Below are positions 1-9,571 of a stretch of 64,000 nt of DNA, piece after piece. Origin of the DNA: Candidatus Omnitrophota bacterium (GTDB lineage: Bacteria > Omnitrophota > Gorgyraeia > Gygaellales > Profunditerraquicolaceae). The position numbers and the translations under genes are program-made. The notes beneath the pieces are model-generated. The model made no database searches and had not been told where the DNA came from. It saw only the letters and a program-made list of their open reading frames with translations. The stretch is taken from assembly GCA_003598025.1 (NCBI GenBank), contig QZKH01000002.1:10133-74132 (forward strand). The letters run 5' to 3'. The first letter of the stretch is position 1. Each line of letters opens with the position of its first letter.

Positions 1-668
1 TTGCTAAGCACATATTAACTAATTCTCATTTTTCCAGAAGCAATATAAATAAATGTTATGGCCGCCAGGCACAAGTTTGCTATCTTGGTGTAGATATGGA
101 ATTATTTAGGCCATTGAATTATGATAAGTCAAATTTTGTTATATCTGTAGGCAGGTGTACTCCGGCCAAAGGGTTTGATTTTATTATTAATTCCCTCGGT
201 TTAATAAAAAAAGAATACAGGCCCGATCTTATTATTGTATCGGATATAATAGCAGCATTTTGGAAAAAGTATTTAATAAGGCTTGCTGCAAAAAATAACG
301 TAAGTATTAAGATCAAAAGCAGGATCGGTGATTCAGAGCTTGTTAATCTTTATAACCGGGCAAGGTTATGCGTATATGCACCTTATCAGGAACCATTTGG
401 CTTAGCTCCTGTTGAAGCAATGGCTTGTGGTACGGCTGTTGTTGCAGTCAGAGAAGGCGGAGTCGCAGAAAGTATAATTAACGGCAAAACCGGATACCTT
501 GCTGAGCGCAATGAAAGTATTTTTGCTGACACAATTTTTAATGTTATTTCTGATTCCGGCCTTAGGGATAGGCTTGAAACCGCCGGCATCGCATCAGTAA
601 GAGAACGCTGGTCAAGTATTCATGCAGGCAGAAGAGTCGTTGAGTACGCCCAGGCTGCCTTTAAATAA
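1..668 (+). CDS. Glycosyltransferase family 4 (GT4/Glycos_transf_1), 5'-truncated at the window edge
   Basis: The reading frame stays open from the window start to the stop at 666-668. The translation has the GT4 C-terminal Rossmann region, including the EPFGLAPVEAMACGTAVVA (E-x7-E) signature and GRCTPAKGFD. The N-terminal half must lie upstream of the window. Confidence 0.7.
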   Translation, partial: AKHILTNSHFSRSNINKCYGRQAQVCYLGVDMELFRPLNYDKSNFVISVGRCTPAKGFDFIINSLGLIKKEYRPDLIIVSDIIAAFWKKYLIRLAAKNNVSIKIKSRIGDSELVNLYNRARLCVYAPYQEPFGLAPVEAMACGTAVVAVREGGVAESIINGKTGYLAERNESIFADTIFNVISDSGLRDRLETAGIASVRERWSSIHAGRRVVEYAQAAFK

Positions 669-684
669 ATAAGAGAACTATACC

Positions 685-1578
685 ATGTCTATATTCAAGC
701 CTTATATACCAAAAGTAAGCATTTGCATGCCTACTTACAACGGAGCCGAATATATTAACGAAGCCGTTAATTCTGTGTTGAATCAAAGTTTCGGGGATTT
801 CGAGCTGATAATAGTTGATGATGCCTCGCGGGATAATACGCTCGATATTTTAAATAAATATAAGGACCCGAGGATTCGTCTTTTTAGAAACAAAAAAAGG
901 GTCGGTCAGATTATGAATTATAATTTGAGCATTTCTCATTCAAGAGCAAAATATATAAAACCATTTCATCAGGATGATATCCTGGACAAAGAGAGTTTGT
1001 TGCTTAATACCCAGATAATGGATTCAAAGCCAGAGATAGGATTGGTTGTATCTCAAGCCTGCATTGTAGACAGCAATTCCGAAAAAGTGTCGTTAAGGCC
1101 GGTAACTTTTAAGCCGGGTATTATAGAAAAAAGAGCGATATTAAATAAATTCTTCTTTAATTTAAATTATAATTTTATCGGTGAGCCGTCTACGGTAATG
1201 TTAAGAAAAATAGCACTGCAAGAAATGGGGTATTTTGATGAGCGTATTCCCTCCAGCAATGATATAGAACTATGGAGCAGGATAAACACCAAATACAAAT
1301 GCTACTATATTGATAAGCCGTTAGCATCAATCAGGTATCATAGCAAGCAGGAGATGCATAAATACAGGAAAAGCTTAAAGTTGGCAATATGGGATCATTG
1401 CAGGTTGTTCTCTGCGTTGTCAAAATATAACAATCTTACAGTATTTTATAAATCAGCTTTGCTGGCTGAATTTATTTTCAGATTACCCATATTAGTGTTA
1501 GGCAGGTCGATAAAAAAGATATTAAATATACCTGATGAAAAATTAATAATAAATAATTATCTAAACCCAAGAGAATAA
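685..1578 (+). CDS. Glycosyltransferase family 2
   Basis: N-terminal GT-A motifs: ICMPTYNGAEYINEAVNSVLNQS...ELIIVDDASRDNT (DxD-like). It sits 17 nt after the previous stop, consistent with an operon. Confidence 0.8.
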   Translation: MSIFKPYIPKVSICMPTYNGAEYINEAVNSVLNQSFGDFELIIVDDASRDNTLDILNKYKDPRIRLFRNKKRVGQIMNYNLSISHSRAKYIKPFHQDDILDKESLLLNTQIMDSKPEIGLVVSQACIVDSNSEKVSLRPVTFKPGIIEKRAILNKFFFNLNYNFIGEPSTVMLRKIALQEMGYFDERIPSSNDIELWSRINTKYKCYYIDKPLASIRYHSKQEMHKYRKSLKLAIWDHCRLFSALSKYNNLTVFYKSALLAEFIFRLPILVLGRSIKKILNIPDEKLIINNYLNPRE

Positions 1579-1584
1579 GTTCAG

Positions 1585-2538
1585 ATGCCAAAAATATCCG
1601 CTTCCATAATTATCCCCACTTTTAATAAAGCAAATATTTTAAAGATGGTCTTATCAGGTTATCTTGCTCAGGCTAAAGATACTCCTGATTTTGAAATAAT
1701 TATATTGGATGATGCTTCAAAAGATAAAACAGGGGAAGTCGTGGCATGCTTTAGTGATAAGCTAAATATAAAATATATAAAACAAAGCCTCAACAGGGGG
1801 GCTAATTATAACAGAAATATCGGCATTGAGGCGGCAGTGGCAGAGTTGTTAATTTTTGCCGACCATGACCTTATTCCTTCTCCGGATATGGTCAAGCTGC
1901 ATGTTTATCAGCATGAATTGGATCCCTCCGAGTCTTTAGCTGTGTTAGGCAATGTAAAAACCCATCCTGAGATATCCGGGCACAAATTGAGTTTTCTTTT
2001 TATGGAAAGGGCGTGGCACGGGATTGATAATGTTACCCGCCTGACATGGAGGTATTTTATAACCTGCAATTTATCTATAAGAAAAAAATTTATAGAAGAA
2101 AATGGCAAATTTGACGAGAATGTCATGCATAATGATGATGTTGAGCTTGGATATAGATTGTTTAAGCACGGATTAGAGATTAAATATAATCCGGAGATAG
2201 CCGGATATCATTATCATCCTCTTGATTTTGACGAATATATGAATATTGCTCAGAGGGATGGGGCAGCCGTTGCTTATTGGCTGAAGAAATCACCGCAGGC
2301 CAAGGGCCAACTTCTTGATTATGGGATTTTTTCCTGGAGTAATAGGCCTGGAAAACTTATCAAGCACGCGCTGGTCATCGCTGTTTTTAACAAATTTACT
2401 TTCCGTTTTATGCGCAAGCTGGCGTTGCTATTAACCCCGCACGGGAATATCGCCAGGTATTTTTATGGCGGAATATATCTTCATAGAAGAAGAGAAACAA
2501 TAAAGAAATGTTTAAGGAATAATCAGACCTATGCCTAA
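1585..2538 (+). CDS. Glycosyltransferase family 2
   Basis: IIIPTFNKANILKMVLSGYLAQ...EIIILDDASKDKT, a GT-A fold. It overlaps the next GT by 8 nt. Confidence 0.75.
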   Translation: MPKISASIIIPTFNKANILKMVLSGYLAQAKDTPDFEIIILDDASKDKTGEVVACFSDKLNIKYIKQSLNRGANYNRNIGIEAAVAELLIFADHDLIPSPDMVKLHVYQHELDPSESLAVLGNVKTHPEISGHKLSFLFMERAWHGIDNVTRLTWRYFITCNLSIRKKFIEENGKFDENVMHNDDVELGYRLFKHGLEIKYNPEIAGYHYHPLDFDEYMNIAQRDGAAVAYWLKKSPQAKGQLLDYGIFSWSNRPGKLIKHALVIAVFNKFTFRFMRKLALLLTPHGNIARYFYGGIYLHRRRETIKKCLRNNQTYA

Positions 2539-3637
2539 AGTCGCGGTCATAGTCGTCAATTATAACGGGGCCAAGTTTTTAAAAGGGCTGATGAGCAGTA
2601 TCGAGAGCCAAACAATAACTCCTTCAAAGCTCATATTTGTTGATAATGGCTCTTCGGATAACTCGCTAGAGGTCTTGAAAGACTATCCCCATATAACAAT
2701 ATTGAACAACAGGGCTAATCTTGGATTTTCTGTTGCTAATAATCAGGCATTAGGCAGTATTTCCTCAGATATAGATTACGTATGCTTATTAAATAACGAC
2801 ACGAGAATTGAGCGCCGCTGTATCCAAAACATGATTTTCTGTGCAGAGAGCAATGTAAGGATAGGCGCGGTTGCGCCGCGGATACTTTTCTATAATCCAG
2901 TACTGGTCTTAAATACAGATAAGCCCGCAGAGAAAATCGAGATTAAATCAATCATAATAGATGGAGATGAGCCTTATAAGATAATACAGGACAAACAGGT
3001 ACGCAGCTTAGGAGAATTAAAATCATTAATGACCAAAATTTATGTTATGCCAAAAAGACCGGCTAAGACGGGGTCAATTGTGAAAATTGCTCTTGCTTCC
3101 GGCAATAAGCCGGTTGGGACGTTATTGCTTAATGGGAATAAGGCTGTTAAGCTCGAATATAAGCTTAAAATAACAGAGGCGTCTTTCGTACTGGATGAGC
3201 GATCTATACTGAACCAGAGATTCATAATAAATAATGCCGGTACTGATATCAGCCCTGCGGGATACCCTTTGGAATATGGTTTTGGAGAAGAAGATAGCGG
3301 AAAATATGATATGGCCAGGCATGTAAATGCATTTTGCGGTGCAGCGGTTCTAATCAAGAGGAAATTATTCAGCGATAAAATATTCGACGAGCGGTTTTTT
3401 GCTTATTATGAGGATATAGACTTATCAATCAGAATCAGGAAGAGCGGCTATAATATAATGTACTGTCCCGAAGCAGTTGCGTATCATTATCATACAGGAA
3501 GCAGCCTGACAAAAAAAGATGCGCTTAGTTTATTTAATAAAAGCAGGATAAAATTTTTATTCAAACATTACCCTTTCTGGTTCAGTTATATGGAATCGCT
3601 TAAATATGGCGTAAAGGCCTTCGTGTGCCGTAGTTAA
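2531..3637 (+). CDS. Glycosyltransferase family 2 (rhamnosyl/galactosyltransferase-like)
   Basis: VAVIVVNYNGAKFLKGLMSSIESQT...IFVDNGSSDNS..., and a C-terminal AYYEDIDLSIRIRKSGY motif typical of GT2 enzymes. Confidence 0.8.
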   Translation: MPKVAVIVVNYNGAKFLKGLMSSIESQTITPSKLIFVDNGSSDNSLEVLKDYPHITILNNRANLGFSVANNQALGSISSDIDYVCLLNNDTRIERRCIQNMIFCAESNVRIGAVAPRILFYNPVLVLNTDKPAEKIEIKSIIIDGDEPYKIIQDKQVRSLGELKSLMTKIYVMPKRPAKTGSIVKIALASGNKPVGTLLLNGNKAVKLEYKLKITEASFVLDERSILNQRFIINNAGTDISPAGYPLEYGFGEEDSGKYDMARHVNAFCGAAVLIKRKLFSDKIFDERFFAYYEDIDLSIRIRKSGYNIMYCPEAVAYHYHTGSSLTKKDALSLFNKSRIKFLFKHYPFWFSYMESLKYGVKAFVCRS

Positions 3638-3706
3638 ATCCGGCTAAAAGGCGTATAAATATTATCATCGGCAGAGCGTTAATCCGCTAAATAAAAAACA
3701 GGCAAT

Positions 3707-5647
3707 ATGTTAACCCTTCTATTTTTTTTGATACCATGCTTATTTAGTTTTTCTATGGCTTTTTGGCAGCCGCTGATCAGCGATGAATTTGAGACTTTGG
3801 CATCAGCAAAGATGATGTCTGACGGTAGTTTGATCTATAAGGATTTCTTCCAGCACCACGGGCCGCTCTCTTATTTGTTATACCTGCCGGTTTTTAAATA
3901 TATTAAAAGCATATTCCTGGCTCTTTTATTATCGAAACTGGTTGCCATATGCGTTCTTATCCTAATACTTTTATTGGTTTTTAAGATATCCGAGGCAATT
4001 ACTAAAAGTAAATTTATGGGCTTGTTGGGAGTGCTTATGGTAATCGCTGACCCATTATGGGCTCAATATGGAGCGCAGGTGCGTCCGGATGCAATAATGA
4101 CTGTTTTTGCGTTGGGTAGCTTGTATTTATTGCTTATTTACGATGAAGGCAAGCGTAATATGTTCTTATGCTGGGCAGGGGCCTGTTTTGGGCTAGCATT
4201 TTTTGCTAAACAGTCAGCAATAGTATCAATCTTTATCTTCGCGCTTATTTATTTACGGGGCAATTTTAGAAGATACCTGCATTACTTTTTGGGGTTTTTC
4301 ATAGTTGCCCTGCCGGTTTTTGTTTACTTCTTTGCGGCAAAAGCGGTAAATAATTTTTTGCGCTATTTTATCTTATTTAATTTAAGAGCACATCCTACGG
4401 CTGAATTTAATATCAGCGAGAGGCTATGGCTGTTTTTTTCGCCATTGATACCAGCAGGTTTAAGGATCTCATATGGGTTAATCACTTTTATCTTTATTTA
4501 TGCTGCTATAAGGGTTTACTTTGCAAAGGGTAAATCAGCCACGCGTTTTATAAACTCTCTTTTATTATCGTCATTAATCGGGATGTTTCTGACATTTCTA
4601 TACAAGACCCCATATCCTCAATACTATTTGGCAATCCATTTAATGTTTATAATTGTTATTATTTTTCACTTAAACGAGGCCCCTAAAAAATTAAAAAAAG
4701 CGATGATGTTTTTTCTGGCGGGGGTAAGCATTGTATTCGCTTTCGTGAAATTTGAAGCTATGATTAGAAAAAATGATTTCCTTGCGCAAAGCAGATGCCT
4801 CTCTTCAATATCGGATTTACTAAGATCTAAAAAAGCTATCGGGCCGAGTTACATGGTTTTGGCCGGAAATCGTGCCGGGTTCTATTGGTATTATCCACCT
4901 ATATTTTCCGATGTCGATTTGAAGCCTATGTTCAGAGCGTTAAAAGATGCCGATATTGTATTTTATGACCACTCGCTTTCTCTGCTGGCGCCGTTAGATT
5001 TTAAGAAAAAATTATTTACCGATTTTGAGTTTATTGGCAGGTACTCTCTGCCGTTTAATAATAATCTAAATTTTGATTATGTATCAGTATTCTCTAAAGA
5101 TAGGGATTTGGCTGAAAAAATGATAAGCCAGGATCGTTTGGCTTGCTGGAATTATGAAGACGGCGAAAGGGGGCTTCTTAAAGATCCGCTTTATATCCCT
5201 GTTTATTTTAAAGCCAGGCTGTCCGGCAATGGCGATTTAATAAACCTTCGGCCCGGCAAGAACTCATTTAGTTATAAGGTTAAGCAGGAGTTATATCTGA
5301 GTATGTTTATAAGCGCAAATAAGATGTTTTTTGATAGAAGCACGAACATCTTATACAACCTTAAGCCAAATATAAAATATTCAATAAAAAAAGCAGGTAT
5401 AGCTTTCGAATGCAGATATAGAGAGCCACTTTCCACAGATGGCTTATTAGGGCTAGGCTTAAGGACTCCCGGAGAAAACGGTGTAAATGTTAATGGGGTA
5501 ATCAGTATTAAATTCAGCCGCTATCCAGATAAAATTAAAATCCAAGAGGTCCCGGATGGGTATAAGGTAATGTCAGCGTTTAATACTGATAGCCTAACTA
5601 TAGATATTCATTGTTCGGAATCATTGTTAGGGCAGGCAAGCGATTAA
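3707..5647 (+). CDS. GT-C fold membrane glycosyltransferase (ArnT/PMT-like, GT39/GT83 family), with a C-terminal soluble domain
   Basis: The N-terminal ~330 aa are strongly hydrophobic with many predicted TM helices. The first loop has a DE..L..A..M..G motif (ISDEFETLASAKMMSDGSLIYKDFFQHHGPL) like PMT_2/ArnT. It ends a run of four GT genes. Confidence 0.55.
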   Translation: MLTLLFFLIPCLFSFSMAFWQPLISDEFETLASAKMMSDGSLIYKDFFQHHGPLSYLLYLPVFKYIKSIFLALLLSKLVAICVLILILLLVFKISEAITKSKFMGLLGVLMVIADPLWAQYGAQVRPDAIMTVFALGSLYLLLIYDEGKRNMFLCWAGACFGLAFFAKQSAIVSIFIFALIYLRGNFRRYLHYFLGFFIVALPVFVYFFAAKAVNNFLRYFILFNLRAHPTAEFNISERLWLFFSPLIPAGLRISYGLITFIFIYAAIRVYFAKGKSATRFINSLLLSSLIGMFLTFLYKTPYPQYYLAIHLMFIIVIIFHLNEAPKKLKKAMMFFLAGVSIVFAFVKFEAMIRKNDFLAQSRCLSSISDLLRSKKAIGPSYMVLAGNRAGFYWYYPPIFSDVDLKPMFRALKDADIVFYDHSLSLLAPLDFKKKLFTDFEFIGRYSLPFNNNLNFDYVSVFSKDRDLAEKMISQDRLACWNYEDGERGLLKDPLYIPVYFKARLSGNGDLINLRPGKNSFSYKVKQELYLSMFISANKMFFDRSTNILYNLKPNIKYSIKKAGIAFECRYREPLSTDGLLGLGLRTPGENGVNVNGVISIKFSRYPDKIKIQEVPDGYKVMSAFNTDSLTIDIHCSESLLGQASD

Positions 5648-5714
5648 AATTTATATAAGTCAATTTATTTGTCTGGAGGCCTAAATTATGTTAATATAAT
5701 TACTCAATCACTTT

Positions 5715-6050
5715 ATGTTTGGAGGAATTATGGCTACAATCGATGATTTTAAGAAGTTAGAGTTAAAAGTTGCTGAAATAAAAGAAGTTACAGATCATCC
5801 CAATGCAGATAAGCTATATGTCCTGACAGTAGATTTGGGGGATAAAACAAAACAACTTGTTGCGGGGATCAAGAGGTCTTACCAAAAAGAAGAGCTCATA
5901 GGTAAGCAGGTAATAGTTGTTGATAATCTGGAACCGGCGGTTCTAAGAGGTATCGAGAGCCAGGGGATGCTCTTGGCTGCTTCTGATGAAGACGGCGTAG
6001 CTATTATTTCCTGCCAGCGCAAAGTCAAGCTCGGCAGTATTGTTAAATAG
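5715..6050 (+). CDS. tRNA-binding domain protein (CsaA/EMAP-like OB fold)
   Basis: ELKVAEIKEVTDHPNADKLYVLTVDLGDKTKQLVAGIKRSY...GMLLAA is the tRNA_bind OB domain found in the CsaA/PheT N-terminus. It is a standalone 111-aa protein. Confidence 0.7.
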   Translation: MFGGIMATIDDFKKLELKVAEIKEVTDHPNADKLYVLTVDLGDKTKQLVAGIKRSYQKEELIGKQVIVVDNLEPAVLRGIESQGMLLAASDEDGVAIISCQRKVKLGSIVK

Positions 6051-6053
6051 CAT

Positions 6054-7358
6054 ATGAAAAATATTATAATCGGCGCAGGTTTATCGGGCCTATCCTGTGC
6101 ATACAAGCTCAAGGACGCAATAGTTTTAGAAAAGGATATCGCTATAGGCGGTTTATCTAAAACCTTGTCTTTTGAAGGTTTTAGTTTTGATATTGGAGGG
6201 CATAGATTTTTACCGGGTAAGCCGGGTATAGAAAAATTTATCCTTAGCCTTCTTGACGGCGAACTGATCAAGATGGAACGTAAGAGCCAGATATATAAGA
6301 ACAGAAGGTTTTTTAATTATCCTATAACTCCCGATATCGTTTTTCAGCTCAATCCTTTACAAATATTTGCTTCAGGCATGACCTTTTTATACCGTAAAGT
6401 AGCCGTCTTGGATGAAAATTCATTTAGAGAGAGGGTGATAAATAGATTTGGCGATTATCTATTCAATTATTTTTTTAAGGATTATACCGAAAAGGTATGG
6501 GGCAGGGATTGCTCTAATATATCGCTTGATTGGGTTGACGCTCGGATCGGCAATATGTCTTTATTTGACGTGGCTAGCTATATTTTTTCGAAGAAAAGCC
6601 GCCTTAAATCTTTCGCGGACATGTTTTATTATCCTAAAACCGGGATTGGTTCTATAGCGGGCAGATTGTCAAGCGGCATAGATGTAAGGACATCCAGCGC
6701 TGTCGTCGGACTGGGCTACTCGGGTGGCCATATAAATGAAGTTGTGACTGACGATAACAAACGATTGCCATGTGATAATCTTATTTCTACAATGCCTATA
6801 ACAGAATTGGCAAGCATGCTTAATCCTCCTGCCGATGTCAAAAGAGCAATTGATGCCCTTAGCTATAGGGACCTGATCTGCGTTTTTATAATTGTTGAAA
6901 AAAATAATTATTCTGATAACCATTGGATCTATTTTCCGAACAAGGAGGTATTTGGGCGTTTGGATGAGCCCAAGAATTGGAGCAGGATATTATCTTCTCA
7001 TCACCAAACTGGCCTTTGCCTTGAGATATTTACCGACAGAAACAGCGAATTGTGGCACAGGGATGATTTAGAGATCGCACATGCAGCCGTAAAAGATCTG
7101 CCTCTTATAAACGGAGTAGATATAAAAGACCATTATGTATTACGTGTCTTTGATGCTTATCCTGTATACGACCTCCATTATAAAAAGCATCTTGCCGTGG
7201 TCAGAAAATTCCTGTCCGGTTATAAAAACTTATATACATTGGGCAGGACAGGGGATTTTAAATATATGAATATGGATGATTGTATTGAGCAGGGGCTTAG
7301 CTTGGGGGAAAGATTACCCGGTTCCAGGGTCTTAGAGGAGGACCGTAAATGCAAATAA
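6054..7358 (+). CDS. FAD-dependent oxidoreductase (amine oxidase / UDP-galactopyranose mutase / protoporphyrinogen oxidase superfamily)
   Basis: N-terminal dinucleotide-binding motif IIIGAGLSGLSCAYKL...VLEKDIAIGG...GGHRF. It is 434 aa and adjacent to the glycosylation locus. Confidence 0.6.
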   Translation: MKNIIIGAGLSGLSCAYKLKDAIVLEKDIAIGGLSKTLSFEGFSFDIGGHRFLPGKPGIEKFILSLLDGELIKMERKSQIYKNRRFFNYPITPDIVFQLNPLQIFASGMTFLYRKVAVLDENSFRERVINRFGDYLFNYFFKDYTEKVWGRDCSNISLDWVDARIGNMSLFDVASYIFSKKSRLKSFADMFYYPKTGIGSIAGRLSSGIDVRTSSAVVGLGYSGGHINEVVTDDNKRLPCDNLISTMPITELASMLNPPADVKRAIDALSYRDLICVFIIVEKNNYSDNHWIYFPNKEVFGRLDEPKNWSRILSSHHQTGLCLEIFTDRNSELWHRDDLEIAHAAVKDLPLINGVDIKDHYVLRVFDAYPVYDLHYKKHLAVVRKFLSGYKNLYTLGRTGDFKYMNMDDCIEQGLSLGERLPGSRVLEEDRKCK

Positions 7359-7858
7359 AACAGTTTATTCCTCGCGATGTTTGTTTGTCCTGTAAAGGCT
7401 GCTGCAGGTTTTTACGGGCAGATTCAGTATGGTCGCCATGTCTTTTAGATGAAGAAATCCAGGACCTGCTGGGCAAAAATATCCCGGCGGCCAATATTTC
7501 TATCAACAAAAAACTGCTTCTCGTGCAAGCTCCTGATGGCCAGGGGTATTTATGCCCTTTTCTAAAGATAAAAGATAATAAGTGCAGTATTTATAATTTC
7601 AGGCCGTTTGAGTGTCAACTGTACCCTTTTTTGCTTAACCTGCGCCATGGTAAGATCATTTTAACAGTAGACCTTAATTGTCCTTACGTAAAAGAAAAAT
7701 TAAAAAGCAAGGAATTCAAAGAGTATGTTGATTATCTGAACGAGTTCCTTAATTCTCCTGCCCAATTGGAGATAATAAAGGATAACCCGCATATTCTTCA
7801 AACCTACGAAGAGGTCCTTGAGATAATCGAGCTTTCTCCTCCAGATGGAGCTAAATAA
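7349..7858 (+). CDS. YkgJ/UPF0153 family Cys-cluster (putative Fe-S/Zn) protein
   Basis: CLSCKGCCRF (CxxCxxCC) is the family hallmark. A second Cys pair lies near PFECQLYPF. Confidence 0.5.
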   Translation: MQIKQFIPRDVCLSCKGCCRFLRADSVWSPCLLDEEIQDLLGKNIPAANISINKKLLLVQAPDGQGYLCPFLKIKDNKCSIYNFRPFECQLYPFLLNLRHGKIILTVDLNCPYVKEKLKSKEFKEYVDYLNEFLNSPAQLEIIKDNPHILQTYEEVLEIIELSPPDGAK

Positions 7859-8735
7859 ACTAAGCATAAAAGATAAGCCGTTATTCAGCAAGTTTCTGAA
7901 GATTAAAAGGCATGAGCTTTCAGTTTATGCTTTTGAGAATATTTATCCCTGGTCCAGCTTATTTGAAATTAAATGGGGTATAATTAAGGGCAGCCTGTGT
8001 GTCTTCTTTTACGATAAGACAGGGTGTTTCTTATATATTGAGCCGTTAGCAAAAAATATCGATTACAAGGTCGTGGATAAATGTTTTGAGATCATGGATA
8101 GCCACAACAGGAATAAAGCGGTGTCCCGTATTGAGAATATAGAGCAGGACAACTGTAAGTTCTTTCATGACGCAGGCTACCGCCTCCTGGAAAAACCATG
8201 TGATTTTATTTTTCAGAAAAACAGTATCGCCGGGCTCAGAGGTAATGCCTATAAGTCAAAAAGAGCGAGCTTTAATTATTTTATTAAGCATTATAAATTT
8301 CATTCGCGGGATTTGGGAATAGAAGATATTGGCGCCTGCCTTAAGCTGTATTCCTCATGGGCTAAAAACAGAAGGCTCAGAGTTGAAGACCGGGCTTATC
8401 ATTGGATGATAGAAGATAGTTTTGCTTCCTTAAGGAGCGTATTGGAGAATTACCCATCTTTGGGTTATTCCGGCAGGGTAGTCGAGGTAGATGGTGATAT
8501 CCGGGCATTCACAATAGGGTACATGTTGAATAGCGATACCTTCTGTATATTCTTCGAGATAGCGGATCTGTCAATAAAAGGCCTGGCACAGTTTATTTTT
8601 AGTGATTTTTGTGCAGGGCTTAAGGCATATAAATATGTCAATGCGATGGATGATTCCGGGCTGGATAATTTAAGAAAAGTTAAGTATTCTTACCGGCCTC
8701 TAAAGCTGGTACCTGCGTACATCGCCGTCAGGTAA
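7845..8735 (+). CDS. Hypothetical protein, DUF2156-like (GNAT/FemABX-fold, possibly an aminoacyl-tRNA-dependent transferase domain)
   Basis: Size is ~296 aa. It has an SKRASFNYFIKHY motif resembling the K/R-x-x-x-N motif of the MprF C-terminal/FemX-like domain. I cannot assign it more firmly without an HMM search. Confidence 0.35.
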   Translation: MELNKLSIKDKPLFSKFLKIKRHELSVYAFENIYPWSSLFEIKWGIIKGSLCVFFYDKTGCFLYIEPLAKNIDYKVVDKCFEIMDSHNRNKAVSRIENIEQDNCKFFHDAGYRLLEKPCDFIFQKNSIAGLRGNAYKSKRASFNYFIKHYKFHSRDLGIEDIGACLKLYSSWAKNRRLRVEDRAYHWMIEDSFASLRSVLENYPSLGYSGRVVEVDGDIRAFTIGYMLNSDTFCIFFEIADLSIKGLAQFIFSDFCAGLKAYKYVNAMDDSGLDNLRKVKYSYRPLKLVPAYIAVR

Positions 8736-8743
8736 GGGTATTT

Positions 8744-9571
8744 TTGTTCATAGCTATGGATATAAATGATATAGAATTTACAATTTTTGATACCGAAACA
8801 ACCGGGCTTAACCCGCATTCCGGAGACAGGGTAGTTGAAATCGCCGCTGTCCGCATAAAGGGATTCCGGAAAATTTCAACATTTGAAAGCCTTATTAATC
8901 CAGGCAGAGGCGTATCTGAGGCGGCCTTTAATGTCAATCATATTGCTGAAAGCATGCTTCAAACAGCGCCGTTTCCGGAAAAAGTTTTTCCGGAATTCCT
9001 ATCGTTCATAAAAAACAGTTGCATCTGTTCATATAATGCAAGTTTTGATATTGCATTTTTGGATAAAGAGCTTGGATTGCTCGGCCAAAGATTAGACGAT
9101 AACGTTATTGTTATAGATATGCTGAAGATGGCCAGGCGCCTTTTGCCTGGTTTAGAGCGTTATGCCTTATGGTTTGTGGCAGACTATTTCGGCATAAAGC
9201 GCAAACAGGAACACAGGGCCTTAGCTGATGTGGAATTCAGCCTAGAGGTATTTTATAGGCTGATGAATATGTTAAAAGAAAGATCTATCGTAGAGATGGA
9301 TAATTTTATGCATCTTTTTGGAATAAGGTCTGAGGCGGTTTCCGGGATAAACAACGAAAAAATCGCCGAAATACAGGAAGCAATTGATCTTGGTGTTGAA
9401 ATAAAAATCAGATATATATCTGCGGTCAACGCTAAGGTTACAGAACGCAACGTCTTGCCGAAGCAGATTATACAGGATAAAGGGCAGGATTACCTGGTGG
9501 GGTATTGCAGCTTAAGGCAGGACCAGAGGACTTTTAGAATCGATGGCATACTGGATATCGAAATCTTATAA
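8744..9571 (+). CDS. DnaQ-like 3'-5' exonuclease (DEDDh) fused to a C-terminal WYL domain
   Basis: Exo I FDTETTG, Exo II YNASFDIAFL and Exo III HRALADV are present. The C-terminal 60 aa, IRYISAVNAKVTERNVLPKQIIQDKGQDYLVGYCSLRQDQRTFRIDGI, match the WYL-domain consensus (IxYxS...YLxGxC...RxFRxDRI). Confidence 0.7.
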   Translation: MFIAMDINDIEFTIFDTETTGLNPHSGDRVVEIAAVRIKGFRKISTFESLINPGRGVSEAAFNVNHIAESMLQTAPFPEKVFPEFLSFIKNSCICSYNASFDIAFLDKELGLLGQRLDDNVIVIDMLKMARRLLPGLERYALWFVADYFGIKRKQEHRALADVEFSLEVFYRLMNMLKERSIVEMDNFMHLFGIRSEAVSGINNEKIAEIQEAIDLGVEIKIRYISAVNAKVTERNVLPKQIIQDKGQDYLVGYCSLRQDQRTFRIDGILDIEIL

